Source: Lytechinus pictus
Lineage: Eukaryota
NCBI RefSeq assembly: GCF_037042905.1
Contig: NC_087250.1
Span: 11,472,001-11,536,000 of the forward strand
DNA: 64,000 bases
Direction: 5' to 3'
Each line of letters begins with the position of its first letter. Positions within the stretch are counted from its first letter, which is position 1. The notes beneath the pieces are model-generated. The model was given only the letters and a program-made list of their open reading frames with translations. It was not told the DNA's origin and did no database searches. Shown here in pieces: positions 1-12,500 of this stretch. The position numbers and the translations under genes are program-made.

Positions 1-482
1 AAGGACAGGGTCCCGTAACACAAAGATTAGCGATTAATCAATGCTTGATTTCTTATGATTAATTGCACATTGTAGTCAATGCAATCAATCGTAAAAAAAT
101 GTTATACAATGATTGCTAAGCTTTGTGTCACAGCCACCAGGTGAAAACTGTGGTCAGATAGAATTACCAATTTGACTTGTGCACTATGAAGCCCATGGCA
201 GGTGGATTATATTAAAAGATGACTTGGAAACCATTCAGTTATGGCAATTATTTTGAAAGCCAAATGAAACCCGTGTCTAACCCGTTAATTTTACTTTTTC
301 TTTAACAAAATACTCACCTGTCAAGAGGTAGCTTATACATGTATAGTTCCCGATTGTCAATTTCACTGTATCTTTATGAATTCACAGTAAAGGATTAAAG
401 TGGGAATGTGATAAGATAGGCGTCAGGATCATTTGGCCCAATAAATTTGATACATGAGGAATATAAAGACATGAAGAAATAC

Positions 483-567
483 CTTTGATTTCATTGCGAT
501 ACTCCTTCATCAGTTCCTTCAAATAGAGCATCAGGTCACCTAGCAGCGGAGAATGCTTCTCCTCCAG
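483..567 (-). CDS. NCAPD3: NCAPD3 exon 26 ([28 protein letters not shown])
   Basis: Matches human LMHYLREVMQDYRDELK; the next exon lies outside the window. Confidence 0.93.
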
Positions 568-3500
568 CTAATAGGATATGGAGTAAAAAAGAGGATTCCA
601 ATTTTCAGCATTTCAAAAAAATCACCATCCTCATCATCAACACTATGATAATCATCATCTTCAATATAATCACCATGATAATCATCACCATCCTCCTCCT
701 CTTTCTCCTCCTCCTCATCACCATCATCATCCTCATCATCATCATCACCACCATCATTATCACCATCCTCCTATTCTTCATCATCTTTACCATAATCATC
801 ATCATCAATTACTCTGCTTCTTTACCATCATCATCACCATCATCATCAACATCATCATCATCATCATCATAATCACCACCACCACCATCATCATCATCAT
901 CACCACCATCATCACCATCCTCCTATTCTTCATCATCTTTTCCATAATCATCATCATCAATTCACCATCATCATCTGATTCTTCTTTACCATCATCATGG
1001 TCATCATCATCATTATCACCATCATCATTATCATCATTATCACCATCATCATCATCACCATCTCCATCATCTTCATCGTCGGCTTCTTCTTTACCATCAT
1101 CATGGTCATCATCATCATTATCACCCTCATCATTATCATCATTATCATCATAATCATCATCATGAAATCATCATTATCATCATCGTCAGTTCATTTCAAG
1201 AACGGGACTAATAAGCTGAGGGACAGACAACAAAACACAATGAGACCGCCATCAATTTCCAGCTTAACGGCTCACGATGTCTGTCTCCTGTGTTCATCAA
1301 TTACATGTGTTTGTTATACATAAAAGTGAAGTTTAGGCTCACAAATGTTATTTTCTATTCATTATGTATTATGACTATATTGTGGATTATTTTGTATATT
1401 GTCTGAGTAAGCATGTTCTACATGATGTATTGTACTATTTTGAAAGCAGAAATAAAAGCGAACAAGCTACCAATGCCTAAGATAGACCCGAGGTATAAAA
1501 AAATTAAGCTAAAAACATGTCAGTTCATCTTACCATGTGCTTGAGGGCGATGATAACGGGGATGATGTTCTCGATGACGTTCTTCTTGACGACCTGGGAG
1601 ATGAGTTTGGTCTTCGCCTGGGCCATGACGGCTTCGGCCATCTGCATCTCCTCAACGATGTCATCAGGGTTTGCTTGCTTGGAGTGGAGGGAGGCTAGCT
1701 TGATCTCCTGTTAAACAAAATAATGTTGTAATTTAGACAATGCACTACACATCCTATTCAATTTCAGAGCTATTTAAACTATTCATTCTTTCAATTCATT
1801 CATTCAAGACTTTATTATGTATTGAAAGTAGAGAGTAGAACAAGGGATGAAATAATCACACTAAAATTATACTAGAAATAGACAATGAATACACAAAACA
1901 AAATGACAGCAATGCATGAAAATGCAATGGAGATATTTACAAATGGCAATATTAGTAACTTGTTTCAACATAGGAGAAAGATCGCCAGCAAAAAGAAGAA
2001 CATGTGGGACAGTGTATTCTATATTGTTTGGAAAAAGACCCCACTACTGGTAAAGCTAACAAATTGACTGGTCTAACATGCCCGCAGAGAAGTTGTAATT
2101 GTACATATTGTGGGTGATTGCACGCAACTCAAGCGGTCTTTAGCACTGAGTTATTAATATTGGAATAGTACTCCAATGCCTAGCCTAAATTACCTTGCAA
2201 CAGAGAATCTTCAGCGTATCTTGGAGGATGCCGCTAGACTCGTTGTCAAGAGGGAGAACTCCATCAACAAATGCTCCAAGAACCTGAAAAAAAAAAAAAC
2301 GAACAAATCAACCAGGTCTAATCAATTTTTTAAATCTGATCCCAAATGGTCTAATCCGCAGATTATCCAATTAAATATGGTAGAGCTGGTACCTGTTTGG
2401 TCTGATCCTACAGTCTAATCCTAATTACATAATTCCCACATGGTCTAATCTCAATTGGACCAAACCAATATGGTCTAATCTCAATTTGACCAAAGCAATA
2501 TGGTCTAATCTCAATTGGACCAAAGCAATATGGTCTAATCTCAATTGGACCAAACCAATATGGTCTAATCTCAATTGGACCAAACCAAAATGGTTTTATC
2601 TCAATTGGACCAAACCAATATGGTCTAATCTCAATTGGACCAAACCAATATGGTCTAATCTCAATTGGACCAAACCAAAATGGTCTTATCTCAATTGGAC
2701 CAAACCAATATGGTCTAATCTCAATAGGAACAAACCAATATTGTCTAATCTCAATTGGACCAAACCAATATTGTCTTATCTCAATTGGACCAAACCAATA
2801 TTGTCTAATCTCAACTGGACCAAACCAACGTGGTCTAATCTCAATTGGACCAAACCAATATGGTCTAATCTCAATTGGACCAAACCAAAATGGTCTTCTC
2901 TCAATTGGACCAAACCAATATGGTCTAATCTCAACTTGGTCCATTCCTTACTTGGTCCCATACTTGCTCGGTTCAGATCAATTTGGTCCAATCCTTGTCT
3001 TGTCTGATCCCACAGACTAAGAGCTGTTTTTTGGTTCATTTAACACACGGTTTGATCTCTATTTGGTCGGATCCTACATGGACTAATCCTTGTTTGTTCC
3101 AATCCTACATAATCTCATCCCTGTTTGGACCAATCCAACAGTCTAATCCCTATTTAAAACAATCCTACATAATCTAATCCCTGTTTAACTAATACATAAT
3201 CTAATCCCTGTTTGAACCAATCCTACATAATATAATCCCTGTTTGAACCTATACTACATAATCTAATCCATGTTTGGACCAATCCTTCATAATCTAATCC
3301 ATTCGAACCAATCCAACATAATCTAATCCATGTTTGGACCAATCGAACATAATCTAATCCATGTTTGGCCCAATCCTACATAATCTAATCCATGTTTGGC
3401 CCAATCCTACATACATGTAATCTAGTTCATGTATGGACCTATCCTACAGTGTCTAATCCCTATTTGGTCAAAACCTATATGGCCTAATCCCTGTTCTGTT

Positions 3501-6500
3501 CAATCCTACATAATCTAATCCCTATTTGGTCCAAATATTTCATATCAAAATTTTTACCTCTTGTATGAGTTTAGCGGTGAGTTTGAAGCGATGTTCATCC
3601 GTCATGTGCTTGAGCATAAACTTGAAGATGGTCATTCTCTTGTCAGAGTTCTCACTTCCTTGTAAACTGAAGAGCTCCCTCTCTCGGTCAGATTGGGTGA
3701 ATTGATTGAAGACTGAGTGAAACAGAAATAGGAAAATTGTTACTGAATGTTGCTCTTGGGGCTTTCTCACTCTTGACCCAAGCATTTTATTTCGTTGATA
3801 ACCTTATAAATCTTGTGCTTGCCTTGAGCATAAATTCAAACTCTCTTATTTGAAATTAGATATTCTCTTTCTTGTAAATTAAAAGCTCCCTCGCTCAGCC
3901 AGATAGGTGAACTGATTGAAAACTGTATGAAATAGATTATGTATAATTACTTGTTCTAAGGTCTCTTTGATATATTGAGCAATCAACATAGAGTTCCAGG
4001 GATAATTTTACAAATAAAGATAAAACAGAATTTGCTGACATGGTACACTCTTGCATGAGGCACTGTGTGTGAAATCTGTTAAAACTTGCAGCCGTAAAAA
4101 AAAAAACGGTCTTTAAGAAAAGCTCAAGCATGTTTCCCACAATTGAATGATTTCTTTTACTACGTAATACACATTCAATGCCTGGGCTATGTAACACAAA
4201 ATTTTATTATCAATCGCTAGGTTGCAACGGCCAATCAGGATCATTGTGCCATATGGATTCTGTTCAGAACATCGAAGAGGAGCAAATGACGAGCGTTCTA
4301 TCATATTTGCGCTCGATCCCAAACCTATGTTTAATTGAGCCCGGAATTATTTGGCGCATTACTTTCATTTATATACACAACCACTAGGGTGGTATCTTTG
4401 TTGGATTCTGTTGAGATTCACTTTGCAATTATAACGCTACAAATCGTTATTCATCTTTTAATAGATGTGTAATAGCACTTACCAGAGTGTTTGCGATAGT
4501 TGTTGAAATGGAAAACACTCTCGACAAACTGCTGCATCAGCATCCCGGGATGACGTTTCAAAAGGAGTTCCACCAAACAATACTCAGCTGTAAAAGAAAG
4601 GGATATAAACAATAATTCTAAGATGTAAGAGGGCAATTCGTTCATTCATAGCAACCGGACATAGTGGCTCAGTGGTGGTACGTGCGCCTCAGAAACGGGA
4701 GGTTGTGGGTTCGACCCCCTGACCAAAGACTCCAAAAATGGGACCTCTTGCCTTCATGTCAGGCGCTTGACTTAGAAGAAAGGATAATAATAACATTATG
4801 TTATGCACGGCCCGCTTGAAAATCAGCTAACAGTTGAAGTGGCTTCCCTAAGTAAGTAAGAGTCATTATATACATCCAACGATAAGTTATCAAGAAAGTT
4901 TGGAAAATTATATCGAAACAAGCTCTGAACGGTAAAAAAATCATATACTTTCTTCCAAATTTAGAATGATTTAAAGGTCTGTTGAAAGGCCTATACTATT
5001 GAAATCTTATATCTCAATATCTGTGGCAAAGGGTCTTTAATAAAACTGACATTTCATACATAATTTTTATCTAAATCAAGATTTGTATTGAATTTGAAGA
5101 AATTTGACGATAATATTGAAAGAATTAACAAGAAGCAGATCAAATTTTTTTTTCAATACATAATTCTTTATTTTAATACATAATTTTTATCTAAATCAAG
5201 ATTTGTATTCAATTTGAAGAAACTTGACGATAATTTTGAAAGAATTAACGAGAAGCAGATCAATTTTTTCTTTTATCAATGGTGCAATATTCTTACCAAA
5301 ATCTCTCACGGTATCCACCTCGTCTACGATGACGGAAACAAAGCGGAAGAAAAGGGGCCCTCTCCACTTCACATAGTCCTCCTGGAAAATGAAACAAAAT
5401 TGATAGAAATTGATGACAGAATTGACATGGCAAATCATAAACATCAGATGATTGATTCATGAAGCAAATAAAGAAAAAAAAATCACTGACTAATTTGTTC
5501 CACTGAATAATTTTCCTGGTTTCCCCATTGTAATTTGCTCAACATTGATGGGAGAATGTAGTAGCGTGTTTCTTCGGAGCATCACCACCTATATAATTGT
5601 AATTTTAAGTGCGATTTGAATTGAACACTTATCTGAAAGGGACTTAAAGTGCAACTTAACACTACAAATCGGATGCATCTGAGAATGAATCAGCGATGGT
5701 TTGCCAGGCTTCGCGATCTGACATGAGAGTTGGTAAATCATGTACAATTATTTATACATGTATCCCTACATATGTAATAAATTTAAAGGTCTCCGTCCTC
5801 TCGTTTTATGAGGGAGGCGCACCAAAATTATATCAGAAATACTCATCTCATTGGGATTCCAGGTATAAATGAAAAATTATCTCATTGGGATTCCAAGTAT
5901 AAGTGAAAACTTATCTCATTGAGATTCCAAGTATAAGTGAAAACTTATCTCATTGAGATTCCAAGTATAAGTGAAAACTTATCTCATTGGGATTCCAAGT
6001 ATAAGTGAAAACCTATCTCATTGGGATTCCAAGTATAAGTGAAAACTTATCTCATTGGGATTCCAAGTATAAGTGAAAACTTATCTCATTGAGATTCCAA
6101 GTATAAGTGAAAACTTATCTCATTGGGATTCCAAGTATAAGTGAAAACCTATCTCATTGGGATTCCAAGTATAAGTGAAAACTTATCTCATTGGGATTCC
6201 AAGTATAAGTGAAAACTTATCTCATTGGGATTCCAAGTATAAGTGAAAACTTATCTCATTGGGATTCCAAGTATAAGTGAAAACTTATCTCATTGAGATT
6301 CCAAGTATAAGTGAAAACTTATCTCATTGGGATTCCAAGTATAAGTGAAAACCTATCTCATTGGGATTCCAAGTATAAGTGAAAACTTATCTCATTGGGA
6401 TTCCAAGTATACGTGCAAACTTATCTCATTGGGATTCCAAGTATAAGTGAAAACTTATCTCATTGGGATTCCAAGTATAAGTGAAAACTTATTTCATTGG

Positions 6501-9500
6501 GATTCCAAGTACATGTATAAGTGAACACTAATCTCATTGGGAATCCAAGTATAAGTGAACACTTATCTCATTGGGATTCCAAGTATAAGTGAACACTTAT
6601 CTCATTGGGATTCCAAGTATAAGTGAACACTTATCTCATTGGGATTCCAAGTATAAGTGAACACTTATCTCATTGGGATTCCAAGTGCAACATTCAGTGA
6701 ATCATAATATTGGGATTTCAAGTGTAACTTAAAATAAATACTTAACTCATTTTGATTTTAAGTGCAAATTTAAGTGAACAATCATCTCATTGACAGTACA
6801 CCTTAGATAAACACTTATAAGGATTTTAAGTGCAAGTGTAAATAAACACATTGTAAAACAGACTCAGGATCTTATTTCATGGCATAAAAATGAAGCAGAG
6901 ACTAAGTACAAGACATAACACTTAAATAAATCTTTACATACCAGAACTAGCTGGGTGAGCTGAGTCAGCGTCTGTTTCCTGACCAGTTTATCCTTGTCTT
7001 TCAAGCAGGCTGCTAGATTAGGCACGTAGCGATCAACAAGATTAGGGTACCTAGAGGTCAAAGGTCAGACAGGAAACAGTTCAGCAAGAGAATACTTCTC
7101 TCATTAACATGGCTGCTAACACAGGAAACAGGGGGACATTGTGGTCTAGTGGTTAAGACTCTTGTCTTTCAATCTGAGGGATGTGGGTCCAATTCCCAGC
7201 CATGGTGTGTTTTCCATCAGCAAGAAATTTACCTACATTATGCTGCACTCAACCCAGGTGAGGTAAATGGGTACTGGCAGGAAGTAATTCCTCAAAAAGC
7301 TGTGAGCACCGGGATCGGTAGACTAGCTTAGCCAGGGTAATGTAGGAGCGCCTTGAGCACCTAACAAGGTGGATATATGCGTTACACAAATCTTATCTTA
7401 TTTATTTATCTATTTAAAATTTATACCAGGGGGCCATTTCATAAAGCTGTTCGTAAGTTTAAGAACGACTGTCGATCCTTTCTCGTGTTAAATGATGTTC
7501 GCCATTATATGTTCATTTGGGTATTATTTAGCACATAAGGATCAAAGTCGTTCTTAAAGTCTTAACTTGCGAACAACTTTATGACACACCCACCTGATGC
7601 ACAGATCACACATGACCAAAGCGACGTTATTCCGGACAGCCGCGTCGTCCGCTATCTCAAGCTCCCGGGCGAGGGCAGCGATGCACTGCTTAGCGAGGCC
7701 TTCGTGGTGGAGACACAGCTTGCCGAGGGTTACGAAGGCATGGGCCCGGACGGCCATTGATACGGGGGAACCGTTGGTGCGGAACTGGGAGAGAGGCTGC
7801 TGGGAGAACTGGGTGAGACCTTGAGAAGAAGGTAGATCAGATCCTGCAAGGTAAGGGAGAAAAATATACTTAAAACAAGTGCTAAAACAAGTGAACACCC
7901 AGGCTGTCCCGTCTGCGTTACACAATTCATTATAAGAGCAGGGACACTTTTTTACTTGATGCCAGGGTTCCGTCTTACAAAGAGTTGTAATTGATCCGGT
8001 CAACTTCAACTATATGAAAATCCATCATTGCCATAATGTGTCCTGAAGGAAATTTGCACAATGTCCGTTTGTACACAAAGATGAGTGTAATGAATTGCCA
8101 AGAAAAGGATGAATCTAATGATAGACATATCTAGAAAACATTTTGAACAAATATGCATTTTAGATGCTGACGTTGCTGGCTTTACATAGTTGTGGCTGAT
8201 CGGATCAATCGCAACTCTTTGTAAGACGGGGCCCTGATTACTGACCAGGCATTCCAACAAGAGTTCCAAGACTCAATTGCAAGGCATACTACATAGGCTT
8301 TCGCATCCTAGAAGGTACCCATTAGGCACCTGGGTGGAGAATAGTAAAGTGTGGATTAACGTCTTGCCAAAGGACGCTAGGCCGTGGTGGGATTCGTACA
8401 CACGACCCTCTGATTGCAAGGCGAGAGTCAGAACCGCTACACCACAACGCTTCCACTATAGCTGAGGTTGATCGGACCAAACGTAACTCTTTGTGAGACG
8501 GGGCCCAGAAATTACAGTCATTCATTTGCTGATACTTGATAATCATTATGCGTAAGTTGTATACAAAAGGGACTCAAAGTTTCAAAATTATCCTGAAAAC
8601 TCTGAATCTTAATCTTGGTTGCATTTCTAAGGTTGATACCACAACATTGTCAGATAAGAAATTATATTATATTTACTTTTCCGCAGCCGAAAAAATGCAA
8701 AATTTACTAACTTCCTATAAGCACCCTACCTTCAGAGATTGCAGCTCCTGGACCTGCAAGGAGGGACTGGACCAGGGTGAAGATTCCTCTTGGCTTCCTA
8801 TAGGGACACAGCTGGACTTTCTCTCCTAACAGAAAAATCAATCCACCCCCCCCCCCCCCTTCCCCTCTGCTATGAGATGGGTCTAACAGGCTCTATTAGA
8901 GTTAAGCATTGCAATTATGAATAAATTACCAGCTGAAACTTTTGAATCCAGTTTGAATCCTGGGGAACAAATCATTAACTTCCTTTAAGCATCCTACCTT
9001 CAGAGATTGCAGCTCCTGGACCTGCCAGGAGGGACTGGACCAGGGTGAAGATTCCTCTTGGCTTCCTATAGGGACACAGCTGGACTTTCTCTCCTAACAG
9101 AAAAATCAATCCACCCCCCCCCTTCCCCTCTGCTATGAGATGGGTCTAACAGGCTCTATTAGAGTTAAGCATTGCAATAATGAATAAATTACCAGCTGAA
9201 ACTTTTGAATCCAGTTTGAATCCTGGGGAACAAATCATTAACTTCCTTTAAGCATCCTACCTTCAGAGATTGCAGCTCCTGGACCTGCCAGGAGGGACTG
9301 GACCAGGGTAAAGACCCTCCGAGGCATCCTATAGGGACACAGCTGGGCTATCTCGCCCAGCAGGAAGATCCTGGCGATGAGCTTCTCCTCCGTGGCATCG
9401 TCCGGTCGGGGTGCATCTTCGGTGAGCAGGATTTGGGAGAGGTACGAGTCACAGGCTTGGAGGATCGTGTCGCAGGATTGGTCCAGGAGCGGGTTGGCGG

Positions 9501-12500
9501 TCTCGTTCTCACCGACACAGGCACAGCAAAGCTACATGTACACACAACAAATTATCATTAACAGATAATAACAAGGGAAAAAATCTCCTTTTCCTTTTCA
9601 ACATTTCTTGAGATGCTCATCATATTTATAACTACAATCATATCATTTTCTTCCTACGTCATATAGCGTATTAAGAAGACGTCCTGAACATTGATGAAGA
9701 ATAAGACAATTGGACACATGAGCATTCGACCATAAAATGAAGATTTCTCAATTTGATGCACAGGTTTTTATTGTTAGTCTTCTAAGGCCCAAGTCCTGTT
9801 AGTCCCCCCACCAACCAATTTAACACTAGCTTTTATCATTTATACAGAGTACTAATCATTACCATACCTTAACACACTTCCTTATCTATTTATCACTACT
9901 CCTTTCTTATATCAACCAATCTTTAACAACTCACATTATATAGGGTCCTTATATGACCACATCTTTATATACCTGTAGGGTTCTTATATGACAACACCTG
10001 ATGCAATGTTCTTATACAACCACACCTTATACATGGTTCTTATTCGACCACAACCACACCTTATATGTTCTTATATGACATCTTATACAAAGTTCTCATG
10101 TGAGCTAAATTCCTTATGAATACATCTGTCATGTACGAACTGACCTTATACAGTTTCTACCATAGCTCCCATAAGGTTTGGCGAGTCCATCTGAGTAACA
10201 AGCATCTCAACCATCCCCCGCACAAGATCTTTCCTCTCATCTTCCGTGAGGTGGCTTGCCAGACTCCCGATGACCAAAACAACACTAGTCTTACATCAGT
10301 CTATCTTTCATAGGTTCTGATACTCATTTCCATACCTTAACACCTTTCCTTATCAACTTACAAATACATATTTCTTATATCAACCAAATTTTAACGACTC
10401 ACCTTATTATGAGTTTATATATCACCTAAACTCATGCAAAGTTCTTACATGACCACACCTTATACAGTGTTCTTATCTGACCAAGCCTTATTCAAAGTTC
10501 TTATGTAAATTCCCTTTTACAGAACTCTTTTATATGTCATATGTGAACTAACCTTATACACAGTTTCTACCATAGCTCCCATAAGGTTTGGCGAGTCCAT
10601 CTGAGTAACAAGCCTCTCAACCATCCCCTGCACAAGATCTTTCCTCTCATCTTCCCCTAGGTGGCTTGCCAGACTCCCGATGACGGAAAGCACACTGGTC
10701 AAGATCTCAGAATTCGTTGACCCTTGAGCTGTAGAGTTCACTGAACTGTTTGTGAGGTCAGAGGTCAGGTCGTGCCAGGTCGAGAGGACCAGGGCCTTGT
10801 CCAGGTGAGGGCAGAAGTGAGAGACTTGGGACAGGAACATCCAGGCAGCCTGGGTTGATGGAAAGGAAGATAATAATAATAATAATGATATACATGTAGG
10901 TATATATTTACCCAGGGAAGCCACTTCCATTCTGAAAACTGTTCTCCCAGCGGGCCCTGCTATCATTATTACCCCGGCTTTAGCTGGGCTGCCTAGGCGC
11001 TCAAGCATTCAAGGAATTTCTTCCTACCGGGTACCCATTCACCTCACCTGGGTTGAGTGCAGCACAATGTGGATAAATTTCTTGCTGAAGGAAATAACAC
11101 CACACTGGGATTCGAACCCACGACCCTCTATTTCAAAGTCAGAAGACTAATCCACTGGGCCACAACGCTCCACAATGATTGATAATATACTTCATTATGA
11201 ATTATCAACTTAAACGAGTAAACAGTATTAAATCTTTAATGTTATTTATTTCATTGTAATATTGTATGTTGATTATTAAATTCATACCTATTGTTGTCGA
11301 TTTTTAATATGGCATGAAATAAAAATCTATTGGAAAAAACTCTTACTTCTGCAAAACTTAAAAGATAGGAGGGAGAAAATATCCTTATATATATGATCTG
11401 ATGAACTTTCTTTCAGCTTCAGTTTTTTTTTGTTTTATTTTGTCTCCGGGGAGAGTTTCATGAAAGGACTTGTAAGAAGTTTTATCCGACAAATCTTGTG
11501 CTATCTGGCAGTAACCACAGTAACAGTGCTTCTCAGCAAATCAAATCTGAGGAAAGCTGTCAGATCTGACAACTTGTCAGAAGACAAGAGTTGATGAAAT
11601 ACTCCCATGATCATTCTTGCATTTGCTCTTGATAATTGCAAGTAAAGAACCAGACCTGCCAACCTCTGGGAATGAAAAAGTGTATTCTGTGATTTAAAAA
11701 CTGTATTTTCCCCCAAAAAAATGTATTTCATAATACAATGCGTGGCGCACGCGCTCATCGCGGCACTAAAGCTGCATGCAAGCCAAAATGCGCACTGCTC
11801 TTGCAGCTAAAAAAAACATTGAAACATGCGTCCTGGTTTTAACGAAATGATTGAAAACAAAAACAAGTTACCTGAAATTACATTGAACCAATAACCATAT
11901 TTGTGAAAGTTTTAGGAAATAGAGACATATAGAGATGATTTTTCTCAATAAATTACGATTTTGTAAAATATAAAAATCATATTTTTTAAAGAAAAAAACG
12001 TACTGTCTTATTTTGGTTGCAAAAACATACTAAATATGCCAAAAACGTACTGGTTGGCAGCTCTGAAGAACTCGTTATCATCCACTTTTTAATACTCAGA
12101 ATGATTTTTTAGAAATAAATCTGTAAATCCATATTATCTTACAACAGTATTATCTCCTTGTGTGTGTTCTGCCAAGCCTTTCACCAGTGATGGAGTGAGT
12201 AACTTCTGCCTCGCCCACAGACGACATACTCGCTGGAAATACACCCTGATAAAACAAAAAATAAATATTTTCAGTAAAGTTATATCAAAGAGTTGGGATT
12301 GATCCGATCAACCTCAAGTATATGGAAATCCATCAATGTCATAATTTTTCTTTGGGATATTTGCACAAGAAGAAGCACACTGAATTTTCTAAAAAAAATA
12401 TCAATATATGAATGGACATCATATCTAGAAAATAGTCTAAACAAACATGCATTTTAGATGTTGACATTACTGGCTTTCCATAGATGTGGTTGATTTGATC

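Noticed and set aside
300..345. GTGAGT donor-like site as NCAPD3 exon 27
   Set aside because: The adjacent sequence does not encode the expected DxxxxDKQLAxELEYD continuation
605..1323. Met/Ile-rich ORFs
   Set aside because: Translations of the (CAT)n microsatellite
2408..3007. 178-aa and 173-aa repeat ORFs ([10 protein letters not shown] / [10 protein letters not shown])
   Set aside because: By-product of a 30-bp stop-free repeat inside an intron; exons 23 and 24 join in phase without it
5846..6790. 34-bp direct repeats resembling a CRISPR array
   Set aside because: The units are contiguous with no unique spacers, there are no cas genes, and the array is in a eukaryotic intron; it is a minisatellite
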